This document shows, piece by piece, positions 9,937-19,830 of a stretch of 64,000 nt of DNA. Numbering within the stretch: position 1 is the stretch's first letter; every line of letters begins with the position of its first letter. The notes below the pieces were generated by a model. It was not told where the DNA came from, did no database searches, and saw nothing but the letters and a program-made list of their open reading frames with translations. Origin of the DNA: Vulcanimicrobiota bacterium (lineage in GTDB: Bacteria; Vulcanimicrobiota; Vulcanimicrobiia; Vulcanimicrobiales; Vulcanimicrobiaceae); the NCBI GenBank assembly GCA_963777315.1, contig CAVZQC010000001.1:384001-448000 (forward strand), in the 5' to 3' direction. A program made the position numbers and the translations under genes.

Positions 9937-10326
9937 ATGGTTGCATCTCTCGCGCTGCTCGCCGCCCTGGTAACCGCGCCGTCGCCGGCGCCTTCCGTCA
10001 GTCCCGCGCCTCAAGCGTCCGCCGCGGCGCCCGCCGAAGATCCCGCCATAACCAAACTCGCGCGAGAACAGTATGACGCCTTTGCGGCCGGTAAAGTCGA
10101 TGCGACGAAGTACTCGGCAGCGATTCCCGCGGACGCGATCGCGCAGGTGCAGGCCGGATTGACGGCGCTCGGGCCGGTCAAAAGCGTGATCTTGCTTCGA
10201 ACCGTCTCCAGCGCGCAGGGGACCGTGTACGTTTACAAGTTTATTGCGGAAAACGGTGCGGCGCTCGAGCAACTTTCGGTCAAGGACGGCAAGATCGACG
10301 GCATCTATTTCATGCCGGCCAAGTAA
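9937..10326 (+). CDS. Small secreted hypothetical protein
   Basis: SD AGGAGG then ATG; hydrophobic N-terminus, Pro/Ala linker, compact C-terminal domain ending IDGIYF. Confidence 0.7.
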   Translation: MVASLALLAALVTAPSPAPSVSPAPQASAAAPAEDPAITKLAREQYDAFAAGKVDATKYSAAIPADAIAQVQAGLTALGPVKSVILLRTVSSAQGTVYVYKFIAENGAALEQLSVKDGKIDGIYFMPAK

Positions 10327-10335
10327 TCGCGGACG

Positions 10336-11595
10336 TCAGGCGTACACGCCGCGCAGCTTGAGCGCCTGCACGACTCGATCGATTCCCATCATGTACGCCG
10401 CAGTCCGGTAAGGGATCCGGTGCCGCTGCGCGATCCCGCGCAGTTCGTGGAAGTTGGCGATCAGCGTGTCTTCCAGACGCTCGTTGACTTCATTGAGCTT
10501 CCAAAAGTATCCCATGCGATCTTGAACCCATTCAAAGTACGACACCGTCACGCCGCCCGCGTTCGCCATGATGTCCGGTATCACGGTGATGCCGCGCTCG
10601 TTGAAAATGCGGTCCGCGTCGGGCGTGGTCGGTCCGTTGGCGCCTTCCACGATCAGCTTGGCCTTCACCAGTCCGGCGTTTTCCGCCGTAAGCACTTTTT
10701 CGAGCGCCGCCGGCACCAGCACGTCGCAGTCGGCGGCCAGCATCTCCGCGTTGCTGATCTTTTCGCCGCCGCGGAATCCGTCCAAATTATGATGCTCCTG
10801 CGTGTGGGCGACGGCGTTGGAGACGTCGATGCCGGTGGGATTGTAGTACGCGCCGGTGACGTCGGAGACTCCCACGACCGTGCAGCCGCGCTGTTCGAAT
10901 AGCCGCGCCGCCCACATTCCGACGTTGCCGAATCCTTGAATCACCACGCGCGCATCGGATGGTTTGAGGCCCATGTGGTCGAGTTCGTCCAGGCCGCAAA
11001 TCATGACGCCGCGTCCGGTGGCTTCGACGCGTCCTTTGGATCCGCCGATGGCCAGCGGCTTGCCGGTAACCACGCCGGGGACCGACTGACGCACGTGCAT
11101 CGAGTACGTGTCCATGAACCACGCCATCGTCTGCGAGTTGGTGTTTACGTCGGGTGCGGGAACGTCTTTGTCGGGGCCGACGACTTCGACCAGTTCGGCC
11201 GCGTATCTGCGCGTGATGCGCTCGAGTTCGCCCTGCGAAAGCTTACTGGGATCGCATGTTACCCCGCCTTTGCCGCCGCCGAACGGTAAGTCGACGACCG
11301 CGCACTTCCAAGTCATCCAAAACGCCAGCGCCGTCACCTCGTCGAGCGTGACGCCCGGATGAAACCGGATGCCGCCTTTTGCCGGCCCGCGCGCAAAACT
11401 GTACTGCACGCGGTATCCGGTGTACACCTCGAACTCGCCGTTGTCTCGCTGGAAGGGAATCGAGAAGATGATTTGACGCGTCGGGTGCGTCAGAATCGCG
11501 CGCATGGTCCCATCGAGTTGCAGAAGATTGGCGGCCTCGTTGAAGTAAGCGATGCCGTCTCCGAAAACCGAGACTTCGCGCACAGCAGTGGTCAT
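10336..11595 (-). CDS. gdhA: Glu/Leu/Phe/Val dehydrogenase (glutamate dehydrogenase)
   Basis: KGGIRF, MTWKC, GGGKGG, DVPAPDV, ATGRG, QGFGNVG and EGANGP motifs. Confidence 0.95.
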   Translation of the reverse strand: MTTAVREVSVFGDGIAYFNEAANLLQLDGTMRAILTHPTRQIIFSIPFQRDNGEFEVYTGYRVQYSFARGPAKGGIRFHPGVTLDEVTALAFWMTWKCAVVDLPFGGGKGGVTCDPSKLSQGELERITRRYAAELVEVVGPDKDVPAPDVNTNSQTMAWFMDTYSMHVRQSVPGVVTGKPLAIGGSKGRVEATGRGVMICGLDELDHMGLKPSDARVVIQGFGNVGMWAARLFEQRGCTVVGVSDVTGAYYNPTGIDVSNAVAHTQEHHNLDGFRGGEKISNAEMLAADCDVLVPAALEKVLTAENAGLVKAKLIVEGANGPTTPDADRIFNERGITVIPDIMANAGGVTVSYFEWVQDRMGYFWKLNEVNERLEDTLIANFHELRGIAQRHRIPYRTAAYMMGIDRVVQALKLRGVYA

Positions 11596-11691
11596 AGAAC
11601 CTGAGAGCCTCCCGCAGAAACCGTACGCGCATCACTTAGGGAACCGGGTGCAGGGTTCCCCTGCGTGCCGCAAACGGCCGCCGCCCTGCCG

Positions 11692-12787
11692 TCACACGTT
11701 GAATTTAAAGTTGACGACGTCGCCCTCTTGCATGGCGTAATCCTTGCCTTCCTGGCGAACCAGACCCGCTCCGCGAAGCGCTTCCATGGTTTTATACCGA
11801 GCGTAATCGTCGTAGCCGACGATTTCGGCGCGAATGAAGCCGCGTTCGATATCGCTGTGAATTTTGCCGGCGGCTTGCGGAGCTTTGGTGCCGCGTTCGA
11901 TCGTCCAAGCGCGCACTTCCTTTTCACCGGCCGTCAGAAACGTCATCAAGCCCAGCAGTTCGTACGCCGAAACGATCAAACGCTGCAATCCGCCTCGTTC
12001 GATGCCGAGCTCTGCGCGAAACTCCTTGGCTTCCCGCTCGGAAAGCCCGGCCAATTCAGCTTCGACTTTTCCGCAAAACGTCACGACGGCGCTGCCTTCC
12101 GCGACGGCGGCGTCTTCGATCTCGCGCAGGAGCGGCCCCGGCTCGTCCATCTGCGCTTCGTCGATATTCGCAACGTACAGCAGCGGCTTGGCCGTGAGCA
12201 AAAACGACTCGGCTGCGACCGCAGCTTCCACAGAGCCGCGCGCGAAGCTGCGCGCCGGACGATTGCGTTCGAGAGCGGCGATCAAGTTGCCGGCGGCCTT
12301 GACTTTGGGCTTGAGTTTCGGATCGGCGCGCGCTTCGCGTTCGAGCTTGTCCAAACGCTTTCGCAAGGCAGCTGAAATCCGCGAGCGCCATTTCGATGCC
12401 GACGATCTCGATGTCGCGCTGCGGGTCGGGAGCGCCTTCGACGTGCGTGACGTTATCGTCGGCGAACGCGCGCACGACCATCGCCACTGCGTCGGTCTCG
12501 CGGATGTGGCTTAGGAACGCATTGCCCAGACCCTGTCCCGAAGCATCTCCCTTGACCAACCCGGCAATGTCCACGAAGCGCACGGTCGCAGGCACGATCG
12601 TTTTGGAACCGACCAGTTCGGCAAGCACCTCGAGGCGATCGTCGGGCACCGGCACCTCGCCGACGTTGGGCTCGATCGTGGCAAAGGGATAATTGGCCGC
12701 CAGCGCCTGGGCGGATCGAGTGAGCGCGTTGAAGATAGTCGACTTGCCGACGTTGGGCAAGCCCACGATGCCGCACGAAAGAGCCAT
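11692..12787 (-). CDS. ychF: Redox-regulated ATPase YchF (frameshift near 12374)
   Basis: [22 protein letters not shown] and DIAGLVKG in one frame; [16 protein letters not shown] and [16 protein letters not shown] in the next. Confidence 0.93.
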
Positions 12788-12886
12788 GCTGAACCGCGCT
12801 GGGTTCGGCCGGGATCGCGCGGCGCCCTGGCGGCCCGGCTGCTTTGCCCGGAATGATTGCAAGAGGAGCGCGTAGGATAGGTCAGG

Positions 12887-13360
12887 ATGCGGCAAATGAA
12901 GGTCGACAAGCTCGGAATCGATCTGCTCACGCACGATCCGGTCGTCATCCTCAAAGACATGGACGGCAAGCGATTTTTGCCGATCCTCATCGGGCCGTTC
13001 GAGGCGACCGCCATCGCGCTGGCGCTCGAAGGCGCGCCGGTCCCGCGTCCCCTCACGCACGATTTGATGCGCACGATATTCGAAACGCTCGATTCACGTC
13101 TCGAGCAGGTGGTCATCCACGACATTCGCGAGTCGACGTTCTTTGCAAAACTGATCGTACGCAAAAACGGCGAGCTGCAGGAAATCGACGCGCGGCCTTC
13201 CGACGGCATTGCGCTGGCGCTGCGGATGAGCGCGCCGATCTACGTCTCCGACAAAATCGTGCTCGAAGAATCCGTGCCCGACAAAAAGACCGAGGAAGCC
13301 GAAGTCGAGCGCTTCAAAAAATTCATCGACGACCTCAAGCCTTCCGATTTCAACCGATGA
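12887..13360 (+). CDS. Bifunctional nuclease family protein (BFN/DUF151)
   Basis: [17 protein letters not shown] and [12 protein letters not shown] motifs. Confidence 0.9.
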   Translation: MRQMKVDKLGIDLLTHDPVVILKDMDGKRFLPILIGPFEATAIALALEGAPVPRPLTHDLMRTIFETLDSRLEQVVIHDIRESTFFAKLIVRKNGELQEIDARPSDGIALALRMSAPIYVSDKIVLEESVPDKKTEEAEVERFKKFIDDLKPSDFNR

Positions 13361-13370
13361 CGAACCCTCG

Positions 13371-15014
13371 TCAGATGTCCCACTTCCAGAGTTGGTACCA
13401 CGGCGTGCTGCTCGGATTGACTCTGAAGTTGCGCAGGTCCGACGAGCGAACCGCGATGCGTCTTCGATCGTAGAGCGGAATGAACGGTATGGTATTCCAG
13501 AGCAGCGCCTGCGCGCGGTGATAGACTTGCGCCCTTTTGCGCGGATCGTCGGTGGCTAAGCCGGCCTGCTCGTACGCGTCGACTTGCTTATTGCAATAAC
13601 GGTAGACGTTTTCACCGCGCGGATAAAAGAAGTTGCACCCGATGAAAAAGGACATATCGGGATCCCACGGCAGCGTTGCGCCGTAGATCGCAAAATCGTA
13701 CTGGTTACCGTAGATGGGTCCGTCGGGCGTGAAGATATCGTTGTAGGCGAATTCCTTGACGTTCAGGCGAATTCCCACAGCCGCGAAATACTGCTGCAGC
13801 TGCACGGCGAGCATGCGCAGGCCCACCGAACCCGAGATGCTGTCGAGCGTGAACTCCAAGCGCACGCTCCCGCGCACTCGAACGCCGTCCGCACCGCGGC
13901 GGTAGCCGGCAGCATCGAGCATGGCGTTGGAGCGGGCCGGATCGTACGTCCGGGCCGGGTTGTTCGTGTAGCCGATCGCGGTCGGCGGGATGATGTCGTG
14001 CGCGGGCACCGCGGTGTTGTGGGCGAGCTTTTGAATGATCGCGTTGTAATCGATCGCCGCTGCAACGGCACGTCGCACGCGTACGTCGCTCAGGCCGGGT
14101 TTGCTATTGTTGATGATGAGCAGCTCCTGCGAGTTCCACGGGTACAACGCGGTCGTCACGCCGGCAAGACTGCGGTACTGTTCGTATTGGGTCGCAGCTG
14201 GAGTGTCGACCAGATCGATTTGGTGCAGCTGCACTTGGTTGAGAATCGTCTGATCGTTTGGAATGACATGCAGCTCGATGCGCCGCAAGCGCGGAACGCC
14301 TCGATAATACAGCGTATTTCGTTCGAACACGATCTCGCGGCCGCGATCCCACCGGACGAACTTGAACGGGCCGCTTCCGATCGGACTCGCGTTGAACGGA
14401 ACTTGATTGATGGAGGCATACCCTGAGAGCAGATGCGCGGGCAGAATCGGCTTTCCGCCTTCCTGCAGCGAAGTGAAAAATTTGGAAACGAACGGCGGAT
14501 ACCGGCGCTTGAGATGCACGATCGCCGTGTAGCGATCGGGGGTCTCGATTGACGCGATCTCGGTGTAGCCCTCGCGGTGCAGCGTGTTGTTGTTGGGATT
14601 GACGACCGCTTGCCACGAGAACTTGACGTCCGCCGAAGTGAGCGCAGCCCCGTCCTGCCAGCGCACTCCGCGGCGCAGATGATAGACGTACGTTTTACCG
14701 TCCCCAGAGATTCCGCCGTTGCGCAAGGTCGGCACCTGCGTTGCCAGATCGCCCTGCAGCCCGCCTCGGTCGTCCGCCACGACCATGTACGAATACATCA
14801 GCGAGGACGTGAAGTACACCAGGTCCATCGTGGACAGGTATTCGTTCAGGTTGTCGGGGTCGGAGATATCCGCCAAGCGCAGCACGTGCGGCACGGTCCA
14901 CGCGTGGCGGCCGGTTTGGGACGGCGCACCGGTCCCGCCGCGCTCGCAAGCGGCTTGCGACAGCAACGTAACGCACAGCAGAATCGTGCTCGGGATTCGC
15001 AAGCGTGCTCTCAT
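13371..15014 (-). CDS. Peptide ABC transporter substrate-binding protein (family 5), no permease adjacent
   Basis: ISGDGKTYVYHLRRGVRWQDG, PIGSGPFKF and VRRAVAAAID motifs; N-terminal signal with Cys (QAAC). Confidence 0.9.
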   Translation of the reverse strand: MRARLRIPSTILLCVTLLSQAACERGGTGAPSQTGRHAWTVPHVLRLADISDPDNLNEYLSTMDLVYFTSSLMYSYMVVADDRGGLQGDLATQVPTLRNGGISGDGKTYVYHLRRGVRWQDGAALTSADVKFSWQAVVNPNNNTLHREGYTEIASIETPDRYTAIVHLKRRYPPFVSKFFTSLQEGGKPILPAHLLSGYASINQVPFNASPIGSGPFKFVRWDRGREIVFERNTLYYRGVPRLRRIELHVIPNDQTILNQVQLHQIDLVDTPAATQYEQYRSLAGVTTALYPWNSQELLIINNSKPGLSDVRVRRAVAAAIDYNAIIQKLAHNTAVPAHDIIPPTAIGYTNNPARTYDPARSNAMLDAAGYRRGADGVRVRGSVRLEFTLDSISGSVGLRMLAVQLQQYFAAVGIRLNVKEFAYNDIFTPDGPIYGNQYDFAIYGATLPWDPDMSFFIGCNFFYPRGENVYRYCNKQVDAYEQAGLATDDPRKRAQVYHRAQALLWNTIPFIPLYDRRRIAVRSSDLRNFRVNPSSTPWYQLWKWDI

Positions 15015-15066
15015 GCCGTTTCCCGTTCGAGGGGTAGCCGCGTTTTCCCAGAATCCAGCGCCGGTT

Positions 15067-15873
15067 ATGCAGACACGTGAACGCGCCGACATCGGCGTTT
15101 TTGGCGGCTCCGGCTTCTATTCGCTGATCGAAAGCGCCCGGGAGGTTCCGGTCGAAACGCCGTATGGAGCGCCCAGCGATGCGCCGGCCTTGGGCGAAAT
15201 CGCCGGCAAACGGGTCGCGTTTTTGCCGCGCCACGGAAAGGACCACCGCTTTCCGCCGCATGCCATCAACTATCGCGCCAACCTGTTCGCGATGAAGGCG
15301 TTGGGCGTCAAGCGAATCATCGCCCCGACTGCGTGCGGTTCGCTCAAACCCGAAGTTCGGCCGGGATCGATGGTCGTCGCGGATCAGATCGTCGATCGAA
15401 CCACCGCTCGCAAGGATACGTTTTACGACGGTCCCATTACGACGCACGTCAGTTTTGCCGACCCGTACTGCCCCACCATGCGGCCCATCGCGATAAAAGC
15501 GCTGCGTTCGCTGGACATCGAAACGCACGAACGCGGCACGATCGTCGTCATCCAAGGCCCTCGCTTCTCCACCCGCGCCGAATCCCGTTGGTTTTCGGCG
15601 GCGGGTTGGGAGGTCATCAACATGACGCAGTATCCCGAATCGTATTTAGCGCGCGAACTGGAGATGTGTTACGTCAACATCTCGCTTATCACCGACTACG
15701 ACGTCGGTTTGGAGGGCGCGGGCGGCATTCAGCCCGTCTCGCATCACGAAGTCATCGAGGTCTTCAACAGAAACAACGCCCGCGTCAAGGACGGCATTTT
15801 GCGCATAATCGAAGAGCTTGACGTCGACGCCGACTGCGCATGCAGGCACGCCCTGGAAGGAGCTCGAGCCTAA
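15067..15873 (+). CDS. mtnP: S-methyl-5'-thioadenosine phosphorylase
   Basis: GVFGGSG, FLPRHG, INYRAN, GPRFSTRAES, INMT and ITDYD motifs. Confidence 0.92.
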   Translation: MQTRERADIGVFGGSGFYSLIESAREVPVETPYGAPSDAPALGEIAGKRVAFLPRHGKDHRFPPHAINYRANLFAMKALGVKRIIAPTACGSLKPEVRPGSMVVADQIVDRTTARKDTFYDGPITTHVSFADPYCPTMRPIAIKALRSLDIETHERGTIVVIQGPRFSTRAESRWFSAAGWEVINMTQYPESYLARELEMCYVNISLITDYDVGLEGAGGIQPVSHHEVIEVFNRNNARVKDGILRIIEELDVDADCACRHALEGARA

Positions 15874-15874
15874 G

Positions 15875-16585
15875 ATGCGCAGACAAGGCTTGGATCCTGC
15901 GCTGTACGTCCAAGCGTTTGGGGTGTACGCGCGCAATCTGGGCGTACTGCTCGCGCCGCTTCTGGCAGCGGCGATCGCTCTTGGCCTGGAATATTTGGAA
16001 GGTCCGCTCTTCAACCCCATCGGCGGCGCCGGCGACCCGATCGTAGGTTTCATCATCCAAGTGATCCAGGGCTTTGCTTTCGCAATCGCCGTGATATTCG
16101 CCGACAGCGCTTGGCACAACGGGCGCGGCGGCTTACGCGCATCCTGGGATCAAGCGCGCCGGCGCGCGGGCGACATCATCATCGCCGTCATCGGATTTTT
16201 CTTTCTGGTATACGTTGCGCAACTCGTCGGCGGGATCATTGGGGGCATCGTTCACCTACCCTACATCGGGTTGGCGCTGGGAGCGCTCGCGGTGTGGGCG
16301 TTCGTCTACGCCATTGCGGCAGCGGCTATTGGGGGCGTTCCGGCCGGCGGTGCATTTTCCACTTCTCTGCAGACTGCGCGGCGCCATCCGCTTGCAACGG
16401 CCATTTTGGTGATCGTCAGTCTGCTCGTGTACTATTACGTCGGCATGATACTTCCGGACCGGCTTGGCCCGTACTTGGGAGTCGGTTACGACGTTGCGCG
16501 CATTTTGCTGGCAGCGCTGGCCACCGGTTACGTTGCGCTCGTCGTGGCGCGCCAGTACGCCGATTTCGCGTTCAGGCGGTGGTAG
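15875..16585 (+). CDS. Hypothetical multi-pass membrane protein
   Basis: About six hydrophobic segments; ATG immediately after the mtnP stop. Confidence 0.75.
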   Translation: MRRQGLDPALYVQAFGVYARNLGVLLAPLLAAAIALGLEYLEGPLFNPIGGAGDPIVGFIIQVIQGFAFAIAVIFADSAWHNGRGGLRASWDQARRRAGDIIIAVIGFFFLVYVAQLVGGIIGGIVHLPYIGLALGALAVWAFVYAIAAAAIGGVPAGGAFSTSLQTARRHPLATAILVIVSLLVYYYVGMILPDRLGPYLGVGYDVARILLAALATGYVALVVARQYADFAFRRW

Positions 16586-17595
16586 ATCGCGCCGAGGTCA
16601 CGGCCATGCGCGCGAATTCACCGACGAATGCCGGGCTGACGTTTGTTTGCGCCAGACGCTGGGCGTGACTTAGCCGCGCAAGCACGCTGCGCGCTCCGTC
16701 GGCGGGGATCTCCGGAAGGCGAGTGAGTTCCTTGGCGTAGTCCGCCGCAAGCAGCGGGTGGGTCTTTTCCGGCCTGCGAAATCGCGATCCAGTCGCGCAC
16801 GAAGGTCTTGAGAATTTCTAGGCCCTCGTCGAGCGTTTCGCGCGTCGCCCACGTTTGCTGCGGCGAGCGTCCGCGGGCGGCTTCAAAAAACCAGTCCGCA
16901 ACCTGATCGCGCAATCCGCGCTCTTGCGTGGAAACCGTCGACAAGGCGCGCGTGACCGAGCCCTGCGAAAGCGCCGCCGCCAAGCGCGACTGCCTTTCGT
17001 CGAAACCTCGCTCGCGCAGAATGCTCGCGACCTGCGCCTGCGCCAACGCCGGAAAGCGGATTTCGATCAGGCGTGAACGGATCGTGTCCAGCAAACGGGC
17101 CGGCGTCGAAGTCGTCAGCAGCAGCAAAACGTTTGCCGGGGGCTCTTCGAAAAACTTGAGCAGCGCGTTTGCCGCGGCGGCCGAGGCGAACTCGACGTCG
17201 CCCAGAACGAATATGCGCAATCCGCCGGCATAGGACTGCAGCGAGAGCTGCCGCACGAGGTCGCGAGACGTCGTCGACTCAGACTCGTGAAACGCCATCG
17301 CTTCGTCGGTCTCGCCGATCTTGAGCGGCCCCGTGCTTTCCAGCAGATCGGGATGGCGCGTTTCTTCTTTGCCGATGAGCCTGCACGACCCGCACGTTCC
17401 ATCGTAACCCAATATGCCGTCCGGGTGCGGCGCCCGGCACAGCAGCGATTGCGCCAGCGCGCGCGCGAAGGTCTTCTTTCCAACGCCTGGCGGACCGCTG
17501 AAAAGATAGCCGTGTCCGATCGTCTGCATGGTCAAGCGCGAAAAAAACCGCTTGGCGCCTTCGGCGCCGACGACGTCGAACCGCAAGTCGCTCAT
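16572..17595 (-). CDS. holB: DNA polymerase III subunit delta' (frameshift near 16760)
   Basis: HGYLFSGPPGVGKK, AANALLKFFEEPP and TIRSR motifs; downstream of tmk. The corrected frame continues HPLLAADYAKEL...AQTNVSP to a stop at 16572. Confidence 0.88.
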
Positions 17596-18200
17596 GCGAT
17601 GGCTCGCGAAACGGCGGCCAGGGCCGCCTGCACGACCTCGGCTTGCGGTCGCTCCCCATCGATCGCGACGACTCGCGAATCGAGTTCGCTCAATCGCAGA
17701 AATCCATCGCGTACCCTGCGATGAAACGCATCGTCCTCCAGTTCGAGCCGATCGTGCTCGTCGCCGCGGCGAGCGAGCCGCGCGCGCGAAGTCTCATACG
17801 AGATGTCGACGAGCAGTACCAGCTCCGGCTCAATGCCGTCGGCGGCGGCCGCGCACACCGAGCGCACCAACTCCAGCGGCAGTCCCCGGCCGTATCCTTG
17901 ATAAGCGAAAGTCGAATGAACGTACCGGTCGCACAGAACGATCGCACCGCGTTCCAGCGCCGGCCGAATGACCTGCGCTACCAACTGCGCGCGCGAGGCG
18001 TTGATGAGCAGCAGTTCGGTACGAGGATCGATCCGCAGACCGGGCTGCAGAAAAATTTCGCGTACGGCATTGCCTGCAGGCGTACCGCCTGGCTCGCGCG
18101 CGAGCAGCGTTTCGTGGCCGTGCGCTCGCAGGGCCGCCTCCACGTGCGCCATGAGCGTGGACTTTCCGCTCGCTTCGATGCCCTCGAACGTAATGAACAC
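17592..18200 (-). CDS. tmk: Thymidylate kinase
   Basis: FITFEGIEASGKST, REPGGT and CDRYVHSTFAYQG motifs. Confidence 0.95.
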   Translation of the reverse strand: MFITFEGIEASGKSTLMAHVEAALRAHGHETLLAREPGGTPAGNAVREIFLQPGLRIDPRTELLLINASRAQLVAQVIRPALERGAIVLCDRYVHSTFAYQGYGRGLPLELVRSVCAAAADGIEPELVLLVDISYETSRARLARRGDEHDRLELEDDAFHRRVRDGFLRLSELDSRVVAIDGERPQAEVVQAALAAVSRAIA

Positions 18201-18213
18201 TCCAGGCGCGGCG

Positions 18214-19761
18214 TTACGCTTCGGCCGTTTTGAAAATGCGCACGCGGCGATTGGGTTCCAAGCCCGTGCTGCGGGACTGCAAGCGGTATTTTTCCGCGAG
18301 CTGATGCTGCATGCGCCTAACGTAGGAGGTCTGCGGCGACAGTTCGATCGCTTTGCTGTTGAGCAGCACCTGGTAAATGGCTTCTTCGGTTTCGCGCAGC
18401 GCGATCTCCTCGGTGTCGATCGAGGGCAAGTTGAAGACGTCTTTGAGCGAGTTCTGGATCTGCGTCGTCGTGTTCGTTTTGATGCTGTAGATTGGAATAT
18501 TTTCCGAAGCGATCTGCTTGAGCTTAGGCTGCTCTTTGCGCTCGAGCGTCTTGAGCGTGAGTACGACGTCGGCATCGTCCCAGTTGCGAGCGATCCCCGC
18601 GTTCAGCCGCAGGTTGTGAATCGCGCGTTCGATTTTGTTGCGCGATACGCCGTATGGAAATATGAGCAGAGCCTTTTCGCGATCCTCGCGCTCGCCTTCG
18701 TCCTCGTGATACGCCGCGGCGGTCAGTTGCGGCATCGATTCCGTGTCGGCCTCCTGAACGATCGCCACTTGGCCACTCGCGGTGCGCTTGCGCACTTCGG
18801 GCTGCGGCTGATACCCGCGGAGCAGCGCGTCGACGACTTCGGCCACGTTCTTGTGGATGGCGACGGTATCCCGATCGTGGATTTCCACCACGACGTCGAA
18901 CGTTGGAGGCGCCTTGCGTTCCAGAACGGTCTTGCGGGTGCCGCGGCGACGCGCTTCCTCGTCGGACAACGTTACCGCGCTGATGCCGCCGACGAGATCG
19001 GAGAGCGTGGGGTTCATCAGCAGATTTTCCAACGTCTGGCCGTGCGCCGTTCCGATGAGCGCCACCCCGCGCTCGGCGATGGTGCGCGCGGCTTCGGCTT
19101 CGGCCTGCGTACCGATCTCGTCGATCACCACCACCTGCGGCATGTGGTTTTCGACCGCTTCGATCATGACGGCGTGCTGAAGCGCCGGGTCCGCAACCTG
19201 CATGCGGCGAGCCGAGCCGATGCCCGGATGCGGAATGTCGCTGTCGCCGGCGATCTCGTTGGACGTGTCGACGATCACGACGCGCTTGCGATCTTCGGAC
19301 AGCACGCGCGCGCACTCGCGCAGCATCGTCGTTTTGCCGACGCCCGGCCGCCCGAGCAGACATATCGACTTGCCGCTGCGCAGAATGTCGAGCAGGATGT
19401 CGATCGTTCCGTACACCGCGCGCCCGACGCGGCACGTGAGCCCGACGATTTTTCCCGAGCGCGTGCGAATCGCGCTGATACGGTGGAGCGTCTGCTCGAT
19501 GCCGGCGCGATTGTCGGCGCCGAACGCGGACAGGCGCGAGCAAACGTGCGCGACGTCCTCCTGCGTTACGGCGGTATCGGACAAGTGCGCGAAGTCGTTC
19601 TCGAAGCGCGCTTCGGGGGGACGCCCCACGTCTAGCACGACTTCGATTACAGCATCCAGGTTGGGAAGACGAACGAGCGATTGCCGAATGGGAAGCGGGA
19701 GAATGTCCAGGAGTTGGTTGAGCTCCCAATCGGGAGCGAATGACTGAGCTTTAACGGCCAA
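18214..19761 (-). CDS. Ycf45/SpoIIIAA-like AAA ATPase with C-terminal R3H domain
   Basis: GRPGVGKTT, VDTSNEIAG, EAVENHMP and IDEIG motifs; R3H motif RRMQHQLAEKY. Start taken as TTG 19761. Confidence 0.88.
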   Translation of the reverse strand: MAVKAQSFAPDWELNQLLDILPLPIRQSLVRLPNLDAVIEVVLDVGRPPEARFENDFAHLSDTAVTQEDVAHVCSRLSAFGADNRAGIEQTLHRISAIRTRSGKIVGLTCRVGRAVYGTIDILLDILRSGKSICLLGRPGVGKTTMLRECARVLSEDRKRVVIVDTSNEIAGDSDIPHPGIGSARRMQVADPALQHAVMIEAVENHMPQVVVIDEIGTQAEAEAARTIAERGVALIGTAHGQTLENLLMNPTLSDLVGGISAVTLSDEEARRRGTRKTVLERKAPPTFDVVVEIHDRDTVAIHKNVAEVVDALLRGYQPQPEVRKRTASGQVAIVQEADTESMPQLTAAAYHEDEGEREDREKALLIFPYGVSRNKIERAIHNLRLNAGIARNWDDADVVLTLKTLERKEQPKLKQIASENIPIYSIKTNTTTQIQNSLKDVFNLPSIDTEEIALRETEEAIYQVLLNSKAIELSPQTSYVRRMQHQLAEKYRLQSRSTGLEPNRRVRIFKTAEA

Positions 19762-19830
19762 TACTGACCCTCGGCTTCCAAAGCGTTTGCGGCCTTTTTC
19801 CCATCGCCGCTGCAACGCCCTGCCGTCCGG

